From assembly GCA_964016885.1 (NCBI GenBank), contig OZ024741.1, forward strand, positions 412,176,001 to 412,240,000: a stretch of DNA of 64,000 bases. Reading direction: 5' to 3'. A program made the position numbers and the translations under genes. Positions 1 to 15,000 of this stretch are shown here, piece after piece; the stretch's first letter is position 1; each line of letters opens with the position of its first letter. The DNA comes from Eledone cirrhosa (taxonomy: Eukaryota). Under the pieces are notes generated by a model. That model had not been told where the DNA came from, ran no database searches, and was given only the letters and a program-made list of their open reading frames with translations.

Positions 1-3000
1 TTGTTTAACCCTTTCATTACCATATTTCTAATGAAAGACACTGTCTATGTTGTTTAACATTTTCATTACCATATTTCTAATGTAAGACACTGTCTATGTT
101 GTTTAACCTTTTCATTACCATATTTCTAATGTAAGACATTGTCTATGTTGTTTAACCCTTTCATTACCATATTTGTAATGAAAGACACTGTCTATGTTGT
201 TTAACCCTTTCATTACCATATTTCTAATGTAAGACACTGTCTATGTTGTTTAAACTTTTCATTACCATATTTCTAATGTAAGACACTGTCTATGTTGTTT
301 AACCCTTTAATTACCATGTTTCTAATGTAAGACACTATCTATGTTGTTTAACCCTTTCATTACCATGTTTCTAATGTAAGACACTGTCTATGTTGTTTAA
401 CCCTTTCATTACCATATTTCTAATGAAAGACACTGTCTATGTTGTTTAACCCTTTCATTTCCATATTTCTAATGTAAGACACTGTCTATGTTGTATAACC
501 CTTTCATTACCGTATTTCTAATGTACGACACTGTCTATGTTGTTTAACCCTTTCATTACCATATTTCTAATGTAAGACACTGTCTATATGGTTTAACCCT
601 TTCATTACCATATTTCTAATGAAAGACACTGTCTATGTTGTTTAACCCTTTCATTTCCATATTTCTAATGTAAGACACTGTCTATGTTGTATAACCCTTT
701 CATTACCGTATTTCTAATGTACGACACTGTCTATGTTGTTTAACCCTTTCATTACCATATTTCTAATGTAAGACACTGTCTATGTTGTTTAACCCTTTCA
801 TTACCATATTTCTAATGAAAGACACTGTCTATGTTGTTTAACCCTTTCATTTCCATATTTCTAATGTAAGACACTGTCTATGTTGTATAACCCTTTCATT
901 ACCGTATTTCTAATGTACGACACTGTCTATGTTGTTTAACCCTTTCATTACCTTCTAATGTAAGACACTGTCTATGTTGTTTAACCCTTTCATTACCATA
1001 TTTCTAATGAAAGACACTGTCTATGTTGTTTAACCCTTTCATTTCCATATTTCTAATGTAAGACACTGTCTATGTTGTATAACCCTTTCATTACCGTATT
1101 TCTAATGTACGACACTGTCTATGTTGTTTAACCCTTGCATTACCATATTTCTAATGTAAGACACTGTCTATGTTGTTTAACCCTTTCATTACCATATTTC
1201 TAATGAAAGACACTGTCTATGTCTTTAACCCTTTCATTGCCATATTTCTAATGAAAGACACTGTCTATGTTGTTTAACCCTTTCATTACCATATTTGTAA
1301 TGTAAGACTCTGTCTATGTTGTATAACCCTTTCATTACTATATTTCTAATGTAAGACACTGTCTATGTTGTTTAACCCTTTCATTACCATATTTCTAATG
1401 AAAGACACTATCTATGTTGTTTAACCCTTTCATTACAATATTTCTAATGAAAGACACTGTCTATGTTGTTTAACCCTTTCATTACTATATTTCTAATGTA
1501 AGACACTGTCTATGTTTTATAACCCTTTCATTACCATATTTCTAATGAAAGACAGTCTATGTTGTTTAACCCTTTCATTGCCATATTTCTAATGTAAGAC
1601 ACTGTCTATGTTGTTTAACCCTTTCATTACCATATTTCTAATGAAAGACACTATGTATGTTGTTTAACCTTTTCTTTACCATATTGCTAATGAAAGACAC
1701 TGTCTATGTTGTTTAACCCTTTCATTAACATTTTTCCAATGAAAGAAACTGTCTAAGTTGTTTAACCCTTTCATTACCATATTTGTAATGTAAGACACTG
1801 TCTATGTTGTTTAACACTTTAATTACCATATTTCTAATGTAATACATCGTCTATGTTGTTTAACCCTTTCATTACCATATTTGTAATGTAAGACACTCTC
1901 TATGTTGTTTAACCCTTTCATTACAATATTTCTAATGTAAGACACTGTCTATGTTGTTTAATCCTTTCATTATCATATTTCTAATGAAAGACACTGTATA
2001 TGTCGTTTAACTATTTCATTACCATATTTCTAATGTAAGAAACTATCTATGTTGTTTATCCCTTTCAATACCATATTTCTAATGTAAGACACTGTCTATG
2101 TTGTTTAACCCTTTCATTAACATATTTCTAATGAAAGACACTCTCTATGTTGTTTAACCCTTTCATTACCATATTTCTAATGAAAGACACTGTCTATGTT
2201 GTTTAACCCTTTCATTAACATATTTCTAATGAAAGACACTCTCTATGTTGTTTAACCCTTTCATTAACATATTTCTAATGAAAGACACTCTCTATGTTGT
2301 TTAACCCTTTCATTACCATATTTCTAATGAAAGACACTGTCTATGTTGTTTAACCCTTTCATTACCATATTTCTAATGAAAGACACTGTCTATGTTGTTT
2401 AACCCTTTCATTTCCATATTTCTAATGTAAGACACTGTCTATGTTGTATAACCCTTTCATTACCGTATTTCTAATGTACAACACTGTCTATGTTGTTTAA
2501 CCCTTTCATTACCATATTTCTAATGTAAGACACTGTCTATATGGTTTAACCCTTTCATTACCATATTTCTAATGAAAGACACTGTCTATGTTGTTTAACC
2601 CTTTCATTTCCATATTTCTAATGTAAGACACTGTCTATGTTGTATAACCCTTTCATTACCGTATTTCTAATGTACGACACTGTCTATGTTGTTTAACCCT
2701 TTCATTACCATATTTCTAATGTAAGACACTGTCTATGTTGTTTAACCCTTTCATTACCATATTTCTAATGAAAGACACTGTCTATGTTGTTTAACCCTTT
2801 CATTTCCATATTTCTAATGTAAGACACTGTCTATGTTGTATAACCCTTTCATTACCGTATTTCTAATGTACGACACTGTCTATGTTGTTTAACCCTTTCA
2901 TTACCTTCTAATGTAAGACACTGTCTATGTTGTTTAACCCTTTCATTACCATATTTCTAATGAAAGACACTGTCTATGTTGTTTAACCCTTTCATTTCCA

Positions 3001-6000
3001 TATTTCTAATGTAAGACACTGTCTATGTTGTATAACCCTTTCATTACCGTATTTCTAATGTACGACACTGTCTATGTTGTTTAACCCTTTCATTACCATA
3101 TTTCTAATGTAAGACACTGTCTATGTTGTTTAACCCTTTCATTACCATATTTCTAATGAAAGACACTGTCTATGTCTTTAACCCTTTCATTACCATATTT
3201 CTAATGAAAGACACTGTCTATGTTGTTTAACCCTTTCATTACCATGTTTGTAATGTAAGACTCTGTCTATGTTGTATAACCCTTTCATTACTATATTTCT
3301 AATGTAAGACACTGTCTATGTTGTTTAACCCTTTCATTACCATATTTCTAATGAAAGACAGTCTATGTTGTTTAACCCTTTCATTACAATATTTCTAATG
3401 AAAGACACTGTCTATATTGTTTAACCCTTTCATTACTATATTTCTAATGTAAGACACTGTCTATGTTTTATAACCCTTTCATTACCATATTTCTAATGAA
3501 AGACAGTGTATGTTGTTTAACCCTTTCATTGCCATATTTCTAATGTAAGACACTGTCTATGTTGTTTAACCCTTTCATTACCATATTTCTAATGAAAGAC
3601 ACTATGTATGTTGTTTAAACTTTTCTTTACCATATTGCTAATGAAAGACACTGTCTATGTTGTTTAACCCTTTCATTAACATTTTTCCAATGAAAGAAAC
3701 TGTCTAAGTTGTTTAACCCTTTCATTACCATATTTGTAATGTAAGACACTGTCTATGTTGTTTAACACTTTAATTACCATATTTCTAATGTAATACATCG
3801 TCTATGTTGTTTAAAACCTTTCATTACCATATTTGTAATGTAAGACACTCTCTATGTTGTTTAACCCTTTCATTACAATATTTCTAATGTAAGACACTGT
3901 CTATGTTGTTTAATCCTTTCATTATCATATTTCTAATGAAAGACACTGTATATGTCGTTTAACTATTTCATTACCATATTTCTAATGTAAGAAACTATCT
4001 ATGTTGTTTATCCCTTTCAATACCACATTTCTAATGTAAGACACTGTATATGTTGTTTAACCCTTTCATTAACATATTTCTAGTGAAAGACACTCTCTAT
4101 GTTGTTTAACCCTTTCATTACCATATTTCTAATGAAAGACACTGTCTATGTTGTTTAACCCTTTCAATACCATATTTCTAATGTAAGAAACTATCTATGT
4201 TGTTTAACCCTTTAATTACCATATTTCTAATGTAAGACACTGTCTATGTTGTTTAACCCTTTCATTAACATATTTCTAATGAAAGACACTCTCTATGTTG
4301 TTTAACCCTTTCATTACCATATTTCTAATGAAAGACACTGTCTATGTTGTTTAACCCTTTCATTAACATATTTCTAATGAAAGACACTCTCTATGTTGTT
4401 TAACCCTTTCATTAACATATTTCTAATGAAAGACACTCTCTATGTTTTTTTTAACCCTTTCATTGCCATATTTCTAATGAAAGACACTGTCTATGTTGTT
4501 TAACCCTTTCATTACTAAATTTCTAATGTAAGACACTGTCTATGTTGTATAACCCTTTCATTACCATATTTCTAATGAAAGACAGTCTATGTTGTTTAAC
4601 CCTTTCATTACAATATTTCTAATGAAAGACACTGTCTATGTTGTTTAACCCTTTCATTACTATATTTCTAATGTAAGACACTGTCTATGTTTTATAACCC
4701 TTTCATTACGATATTTCTAATGAAAGACAGTCTATGTTGTTTAACCCTTTCATTACCATATTTCTAATGAAAGACAGTCTATGTTCTTTAACCCTTTCAT
4801 TGCCATATTTCTAATGTAAGAAACTATCTATGTTGTTTAACCCTTTAATTACCATATTTCTAATGTAAGACACTGTCTATGTTGTTTAACCCTTTCATTA
4901 ACATATTTCTAATGAAAGACACTCTCTATGTTGTTTAACCCTTTCATTACCATATTTCTAATGAAAGACACTGTCTATGTTGTTTAACCCTTTCATTAAC
5001 ATATTTCTAATGAAAGACACTCTCTATGTTGTTTAACCCTTTCATTAACATATTTCTAATGAAAGACACTCTCTATGTTTTTTTTAACCCTTTCATTGCC
5101 ATATTTCTAATGAAAGACACTGTCTATGTTGTTTAACCCTTTCATTACTAAATTTCTAATGTAAGACACTGTCTATGTTGTATAACCCTTTCATTACCAT
5201 ATTTCTAATGAAAGACAGTCTATGTTGTTTAACCCTTTCATTACAATATTTCTAATGAAAGACACTGTCTATGTTGTTTAACCCTTTCATTACTATATTT
5301 CTAATGTAAGACACTGTCTATGTTTTATAACCCTTTCATTACGATATTTCTAATGAAAGACAGTCTATGTTGTTTAACCCTTTCATTACCATATTTCTAA
5401 TGAAAGACAGTCTATGTTCTTTAACCCTTTCATTGCCATATTTCTAATGTAAGACACTGTCTATGTTGTATAACCCTTTCATTACCATATTTGTAATGTA
5501 AGACTCTGTCTATGTTGTTTAACCCTTTCATTGCCATATTTCTAATGTAAGACTCTGTCTATGTTGTTTAACCCTTTCATTACCATATTTCTAATGTAAG
5601 ACAGTGTCTATGTTGTATAACCCTTTCATTACCATATTTCTAATGAAAGACACTGTCTATGTTGTTTAACCCTTTCATTACCATATTTCTAATGAAAGAC
5701 GCTGTCTATGTCTTTAACCCTTTCATTACCATATTTCTAATGAAAGACACTGTCTATGTTGTTTAACCCTTTCATTACCATATTTCTAATGAAAGACACT
5801 GTCTATGTTGTTTAACCCTTTCATTACTATATTTCTAATGAAAGACACTGTCTATGTTGTTTAACCCTTTCATTACCATATTTCTAATGAAAGACAGTCT
5901 ATGTTGTTTAACCCTTTCATTACCATATTTCTAATGTAAGACACTCTATATGTTGTTTAACCCTTTAATTACCATATTTCTAATGTAAGACACTGTCTAT

Positions 6001-9000
6001 GTTGTTTAACCCTTTCATTACCATATTTCTAATGAAAGACACTATGTATGTTGTTTAACCTTTTCTTTACCATATTGCTAATGAAAGACACTGTCTATGT
6101 TGTTTAACCCTTTCATTAACATTTTTTCAATGCAAGAAACTGTCTAAGTTGTTTAACCCTTTCATTACCATATTTGTAATGTAAGACACTGTCTATGTTG
6201 TTTAACACTTTAATTACCATATTTCTAATGTAATACATCGTCTATGTTGTTTAACCCTTTCATTACTATATTTGTAATGTAAGACACTCTCTATGTTGGT
6301 TAACCCTTTCATTACAGTATTTCTAATGAAAGACACTGTATATGTCGTTTAACTATTTCATTACCATATTTCTAATGTAAGAAACTATCTATGTTGTTTA
6401 TCCCTTTCAATACCACATTTCTAATGTAAGACACTATATATGTTGTTTAACCCTTTCATTACCATATTTCTAATGAAAGACACTCTCTATGTTGTTTAAC
6501 CCTTTCATTACCATATTTCTAATGAAAGACACTGTCTATGTTGTTTAACTCATTCAATACGATATTTCTAATGTAAGAAACTATCTATGTTGTTTAACCC
6601 TTTCATTACCATATTTCTAATGAAAGACACTCTCTATGTTGTTTAACCCTTTCATTACCATATTTCTAATGAAAGACACTGTCTATGTTGTTTAACATTT
6701 TCATTAACATATTTCTAATGTAAGACACTGTCTATGTTGTTTAACCTTTTCATTACCATATTTCTAATGTAAGACATTGTCTATGTTGTTTAACCCTTTC
6801 ATTACCATATTTGTAATGAAAGACACTGTCTATGTTGTTTAACCCTTTCATTACTATATTTCTAATGTAAGACACTGTCTATGTTGTATAACCCTTTCAT
6901 TACCATATTTCTAATGAAAGACACTGTCTATGTTGTTTAACCCTTTAATTACCATGTTTCTAATGTAAGACACTATCTATGTTGTTTAACCCTTTCATTA
7001 CCATGTTTCTAATGTAAGACACTGTCTATGTTGTTTAACCCTTTCATTACCATATTTCTAATGAAAGACACTGTCTATGTTGTTTAACCCTTTCATTTCC
7101 ATATTTCTAATGTAAGACACTGTCTATGTTGTATAACCCTTTCATTACCATATTTCTAATGTACGACACTGTCTATGTTGTTTAACCCTTTCATTACCAT
7201 ATTTCTAATGAAAGACACTGTCTATGTCTTTAACCCTTTCATTACCATATTTCTAATGAAAGACACTGTCTATGTTGTTTAACCCTTTCATTTCCATATT
7301 TCTAATGTAAGACACTGTCTATGTTGTATAACCCTTTCATTACCATATTTGTAATGTAAGACTCTGTCTATGTTGTTTAACCCTTTCATTACCATATTTC
7401 TAATGTAAGACACTGTCTATGTTGTTTAACCCTTTCATTTCCATATTTCTAATGTAAGACACTGTCTATGTTGTATAACCCTTTCATTACCATATTTGTA
7501 ATGTAAGACTCTGTCTATGTTGTTTAACCCTTTCATTACCATATTTCTAATGAAAGCCACTGTCTATGTTGTTTAACCCTTTCATTACCATATTTCTAAT
7601 GTAAGACACTGTCTATGTTGTTTAACCCTTTCATTACTATATTTCTAATGTAAGACACTGTCTATGTTGTATAACCCTTTCATTACCATATTTCTAATGA
7701 AAGACACTGTCTATGTTGTTTAACCCTTTCATTACCATATTTCTAATGAAAGACGCTGTCTATGTTGTTTTAACCTTTCATTACCATATTTCTAATGAAA
7801 GACACTGTCTATGTTGTTTAACCCTTTCATTACCGTATTTCTAATGTACGACACTGTCTATGTTGTTTAACCCTTTCATTACCATATTTCTAATGAAAGA
7901 CACTGTCTATGTCTTTAACCCTTTCATTACCATATTTCTAATGAAAGACACAGTCTATGTTGTTTAACCCTTTCATTACCATATTTGTAATGTAAGACTC
8001 TGTCTATGTTGTATAACCCTTTCATTACTATATTTCTAATGAAAGACACTGTCTATGTTGTTTAACCCTTTCATTTCCATATTTCTAATGAAAGACACTG
8101 TCTATGTTGTTTAACCCTTTCATTTCCATATTTTTAATGTAAGACACTGTCTATGTTGTTTAACCCTTTCATTACTATATTTCTAATGTAAGACACTGTC
8201 TATGTTGTTTAACCCTTTCATTGCCATATTTCTAATGTAAGACACTGTCTATGTTGTTTAACCCTTTCATTGCCATATTTCTAATGAAAGACACTGTCTA
8301 TGTTTTTTAACCCTTTCATTTCCATATTTCTAATGAAAGACACTGTCTATGTTGTTTAACCCTTTCATTTCCATATTTTTAATGTAAGACACTGTCTATG
8401 TTGTATAACCCTTTCATTACCATATTTCTAATGAAAGACACTGTCTATGTTGTTTAACCCTTTCATTACCATATTTCTAATGAAAGACGCTGTCTATGTT
8501 GTTTTACCCTTTCATTACCATATTTCTAATGAAAGACACTGTCTATGTTGTTTAACCCTTTCATTACCGTATTTCTAATGTACGACACTGTCTATGTTGT
8601 TTAACCCTTTCATTACCATATTTCTAATGAAAGACACTGTCTATGTCTTTAACCCTTTCATTACCATATTTCTAATGAAAGACACTGTCTATGTCTTTAA
8701 CCCTTTCATTACCATATTTCTAATGAAAGACACTGTCTATGTTGTTTAACCCTTTCATTACCATATTTGTAATGTAAGACTCTGTCTATGTTGTATAACC
8801 CTTTCATTACTATATTTCTAATGAAAGACACTGTCTATGTTGTTTAACCCTTTCATTTCCATATTTCTAATGAAAGACACTGTCTATGTTGTTTAACCCT
8901 TTCATTTCCATATTTTTAATGTAAGACACTGTCTATGTTGTTTAACCCTTTCATTACTATATTTCTAATGTAAGACACTGTCTATGTTGTTTAACCCTTT

Positions 9001-12000
9001 CATTGCCATATTTCTAATGTAAGACACTGTCTATGATGTTTAACCCTTTCATTGCCATATTTCTAATGAAAGACACTGTCTATGTTTTTTAACCCTTTCA
9101 TTTCCATATTTCTAATGAAAGACACTGTCTATGTTGTTTAACCCTTTCATTTCCATATTTTTAATGTAAGACACTGTCTATGTTGTATAACCCTTTCATT
9201 ATTATATTTCTAATGTAAGACACTGTCTATGTTGTTTAACCCTTTCATTACCATATTTCTAATGTAAGACACTGTCTATGTTGTTTAACCCTTTCATTAC
9301 CATATTTCTAATGTAAGACACTGTCTATGTTGTTTAACCCTTTCATTACCATATTTCTAATGTAAGACACTGTCTATGTTGTTTAACCCTTTCATTACCA
9401 TATTTCTAATGTAAGACATTGTCTATGTTGTTTAACCCTTTCATTTCCATATTTCTAATGAAAGACACTGTCTATATTGTTTAACCCTTTCACTACCATG
9501 TTTATAATGTAAGACAATGTCTATGTTGTTTAACCCTTCATTAGCATATTTCTAATGTAAGACACTGTCTATGTTCTTTAACCCTTTCATTAACATATTT
9601 CTAATGTAAGACACTGTCTATGTTGTTGAACCCTTTCATTAACATATTTGTAATGTAAGACACTGTCTATGTTGTTTAACCCTTTCATTATCATATTTCT
9701 AATGTAAGACACTGTCTATGTTGTTTAACCCTTTCATTACCATATTTCTAATGTAAGACACTGTCTATGTTGTTTAACCCTTTAATTACCATATTTCTAA
9801 TGTAAGACACTCTCTATGCTGTTTAACCCTTTCATTACCATATTCGTAATGTAAGACACTGTCTATGTTGTTTAACCCTTTCACTACCATGTTTATAATG
9901 TAAGACAATGTCTATGTTGTTTAACCCTTCATTAGCATATTTCTAATGTAAGACACTGTCTATGTTCTTTAACCCTTTCATTAACATATTTCTAATGTAA
10001 GACACTGTCTATGTTGTTGAACCGTTTCATTAACATATTTGTAATGTAAGACACTGTCTATGTTGTTTAACCCTTTAATTACCATATTTCTAATGTAAGA
10101 CACTGTCTATGTTGTTTAACCCTTTCATTACCATATTTCTAATGTAAGACACTGTCTATGTTGTTTAACCCTTTCATTACCATATTTCTAATGTAAGACA
10201 CTGTCTATGTTGTTTAACCCTTTCATTACCATATTTCTAATGCAAGACACTGTCTATGTTGTTTAACCCTTTAATTACCATATTTCTAATGTAAGACACT
10301 GTCTATGTTGTTTAACCCTTTCATTACCATATTTCTAATGTAAGACACTGTCTATGTTGTTTAACCCTTTCATTACCATATTTCTAATGTAAGACACTGT
10401 CTATGTTGTTTAACCCTTTCATTACCATATTGCTAATGTAAGACACTGTCTATGTTGTTTAACCCTTTAATTACCATATTTCTAATGTAAGACACTGTCT
10501 ATGTTGTTTAACCCTTTCATTACCATATTTCTAATGTAAGACACTGTCTATGTTGTTTAACCCTTTCATTACCATATTTCTAATATAAGACACTGTCTAT
10601 GTTGTTTAACCCTTTAATTACCATATTTCTAATGTAAGACACTGTCTATGTTGTTTAACCCTTTCATTACCATATTTCTAATGTAAGACACTGTCTATGT
10701 TGTATAACCCTTTCATTACCATATTTCTAATGAAAGACACTGTCTATGTTGTTTAACCCTTTCATTACCATATTTCTAATGAAAGACGCTGTCTATGTCT
10801 TTAACCCTTTCATTACCATATTTCTAATGTAAGACACTCTATATGTTGTTTAACCCTTTAATTACCATATTTCTAATGTAAGACACTGTCTATGTTGTTT
10901 AACCCTTTCATTACCATATTTCTAATGAAAGACACTATGTATGTTGTTTAACCTTTTCTTTACCATATTGCTAATGAAAGACACTGTCTATGTTGTTTAA
11001 CCCTTTCATTAACATTTTTCCAATGAAAGAAACTGTCTAAGTTGTTTAACCCTTTCATTACCATATTTGTAATGTAAGACACTGTCTATGTTGTTTAACA
11101 CTTTAATTACCATATTTCTAATGTAATACATCGTCTATGTTGTTTAACCCTTTCATTACCATATTTGTAATGTAAGACACTCTCTATGTTGTTTAACCCT
11201 TTCATTACAATATTTCTAATGTAAGACACTGTCTATGTTGTTTAATCCTTTCATTATCATATTTCTAATGAAAGACACTGTATATGTCGTTTAACTATTT
11301 CATTACCATATTTCTAATGTAAGAAACTATCTATGTTGTTTATCCCTTTCAATACCACATTTCTAATGTAAGACACTGTATATGTTGTTTAACCCTTTCA
11401 TTACAATATTTCTAATGAAAGACACTCTCTATGTTGTTTAACCCTTTCAATACCATATTTCTAATGAAAGACACTGTCTATGTTGTTTAACTCTTTCAAT
11501 ACCATATTTCTAATGTAAGAAACTATCTATGTTGTTTAACCCTTTCATTACCATATTTCTAATGAAAGACACTCTCTATGTTGTTTAACCCTTTCATTAC
11601 CATATTTCTAATGAAAGACACTGTCTATGTTGTTTAACATTTTCATTAACATATTTCTAATGTAAGACACTGTCTATGTTGTTTAACCTTTTCATTACCA
11701 TATTTCTAATGTAAGACATTGTCTATGTTGTTTAACCCTTTCATTACCATATTTGTAATGAAAGACACTGTCTATGTTGTTTAACCCTTTCATTACCATA
11801 TTTCTAATGTAAGACACTGTCTATGTTGTTTAAACTTTTCATTACCATATTTCTAATGTAAGACACTGTCTATGTTGTTTAACACTTTAATTACCATATT
11901 TCTAATGTAATACATCGTCTATGTTGTTTAACCCTTTCATTACCATATTTGTAATGTAAGACACTCTCTATGTTGTTTAACCCTTTCATTACAATATTTC

Positions 12001-15000
12001 TAATGTAAGACACTGTCTATGTTGTTTAATCCTTTCATTATCATATTTCTAATGAAAGACACTGTATATGTCGTTTAACTATTTCATTACCATATTTCTA
12101 ATGTAAGAAACTATCTATGTTGTTTATCCCTTTCAATACCACATTTCTAATGTAAGACACTGTATATGTTGTTTAACCCTTTCAATACCATATTTCTAAT
12201 GAAAGACACTGTCTATGTTGTTTAACTCTTTCAATACCATATTTCTAATGTAAGAAACTATCTATGTTGTTTAACCCTTTCATTACCATATTTCTAATGA
12301 AAGACACTCTCTATGTTGTTTAACCCTTTCATTACCATATTTCTAATGAAAGACACTGTCTATGTTGTTTAACATTTTCATTAACATATTTCTAATGTAA
12401 GACACTGTCTATGTTGTTTAACCTTTTCATTACCATATTTCTAATGTAAGACATTGTCTATGTAGTTTAACCCTTTCATTACCATATTTGTAATGAAAGA
12501 CACTGTCTATGTTGTTTAACCCTTTCATTACCATATTTCTAATGTAAGACACTGTCTATGTTGTTTAACCCTTTCATTACCATATTTCTAATGTAAGACA
12601 CTGTCTATGTTGTTTAACCCTTTCATTACCATATTTCTAATGTAAGACACTGTCTATGTTGTTTAACCCTTTAATTACCATATTTGTAATGTAAGACACT
12701 GTCTATGTTGTTTAACCCTTTCATTACCATATTTCTAATGTAAGACACTGTCTATGTTGTTTAACCCTTTCATTACCATATTTCTAATATAAGACACTGT
12801 CTATGTTGTTTAACCCTTTAATTACCATATTTCTAATGTAAGACACTGTCTATGTTGTTTAACCCTTTCATTACCATATTTCTAATGTAAGACACTGTCT
12901 ATGTTGTATAACCCTTTCATTACCATATTTCTAATGAAAGACACTGTCTATGTTGTTTAACCCTTTCATTACCATATTTCTAATGAAAGACGCTGTCTAT
13001 GTCTTTAACCCTTTCATTACCATATTTCTAATGTAAGACACTCTATATGTTGTTTAACCCTTTAATTACCATATTTCTAATGTAAGACACTGTCTATGTT
13101 GTTTAACCCTTTCATTACCATATTTCTAATGAAAGACACTATGTATGTTGTTTAACCTTTTCTTTACCATATTGCTAATGAAAGACACTGTCTATGTTGT
13201 TTAACCCTTTCATTAACATTTTTCCAATGAAAGAAACTGTCTAAGTTGTTTAACCCTTTCATTACCATATTTGTAATGTAAGACACTGTCTATGTTGTTT
13301 AACACTTTAATTACCATATTTCTAATGTAATACATCGTCTATGTTGTTTAACCCTTTCATTACCATATTTGTAATGTAAGACACTCTCTATGTTGTTTAA
13401 CCCTTTCATTACAATATTTCTAATGTAAGACACTGTCTATGTTGTTTAATCCTTTCATTATCATATTTCTAATGAAAGACACTGTATATGTCGTTTAACT
13501 ATTTCATTACCATATTTCTAATGTAAGAAACTATCTATGTTGTTTATCCCTTTCAATACCACATTTCTAATGTAAGACACTGTATATGTTGTTTAACCCT
13601 TTCATTACCATATTTCTAATGAAAGACACTCTCTATGTTGTTTAACCCTTTCAATACCATATTTCTAATGAAAGACACTGTCTATGTTGTTTAACTCTTT
13701 CAATACCATATTTCTAATGTAAGAAACTATCTATGTTGTTTAACCCTTTCATTACCATATTTCTAATGAAAGACACTCTCTATGTTGTTTAACCCTTTCA
13801 TTACCATATTTCTAATGAAAGACACTGTCTATGTTGTTTAACATTTTCATTAACATATTTCTAATGTAAGACACTGTCTATGTTGTTTAACCTTTTCATT
13901 ACCATATTTCTAATGTAAGACATTGTCTATGTTGTTTAACCCTTTCATTACCATATTTGTAATGAAAGACACTGTCTATGTTGTTTAACCCTTTCATTAC
14001 CATATTTCTAATGTAAGACACTGTCTATGTTGTTTAAACTTTTCATTACCATATTTCTAATGTAAGACACTGTCTATGTTGTATAACCCTTTCATTACCG
14101 TATTTCTAATGTACGACACTGTCTATGTTGTTTAACCCTTTCATTACCATATTTCTAATGAAAGACACTGTCTATGTCTTTAACCCTTTCATTACCATAT
14201 TTCTAATGAAAGACACTGTCTATGTTGTTTAACCCTTTCATTACCATATTTGTAATGTAAGACTCTGTCTATGTTGTATAACCCTTTCATTACTATATTT
14301 CTAATGAAAGACACTGTCTATGTTGTTTAACCCTTTCATTTCCATATTTCTAATGAAAGACACTGTCTATGTTTTTTAACCCTTTCATTTCCATATTTCT
14401 AATGAAAGACACTGTCTATGTTGTTTAACCCTTTCATTTCCATATTTTTAATGTAAGACACTGTCTATGTTGTATAACCCTTTCATTACTATATTTCTAA
14501 TTTAAGACACTGTCTATGTTGTTTAACCCTTTCATTACCATATTTCTAATGTAAGACACTGTTTATGTTGTTTAACCCTTTCATTACCATATTTCTAATG
14601 TAAGACACTGTCTATGTTGTTTAACCCTTTCATTACCATATTTCTAATGTAAGACACTGTCTATGTTGTTTAACCCTTTCATTACCATATTTCTAATGTA
14701 AGACACTGTCTATGTTGTTTAACCCTTTCATTACCATATTTCTAATGTAAGACACTGTCTATGTTGTTTAACCCTTTAATTACCATATTTCTAATGTAAG
14801 ACACTCTCTATGCTGTTTAACCCTTTCATTACCATATTCGTAATGTAAGACACTGTCTATGTTGTTTAACCCTTTCACTACCATGTTTATAATGTAAGAC
14901 AATGTCTATGTTGTTTAACCCTTCATTAGCATATTTCTAATGTAAGACACTGTCTATGTTCTTTAACCCTTTCATTAACATATTTCTAATGTAAGACACT

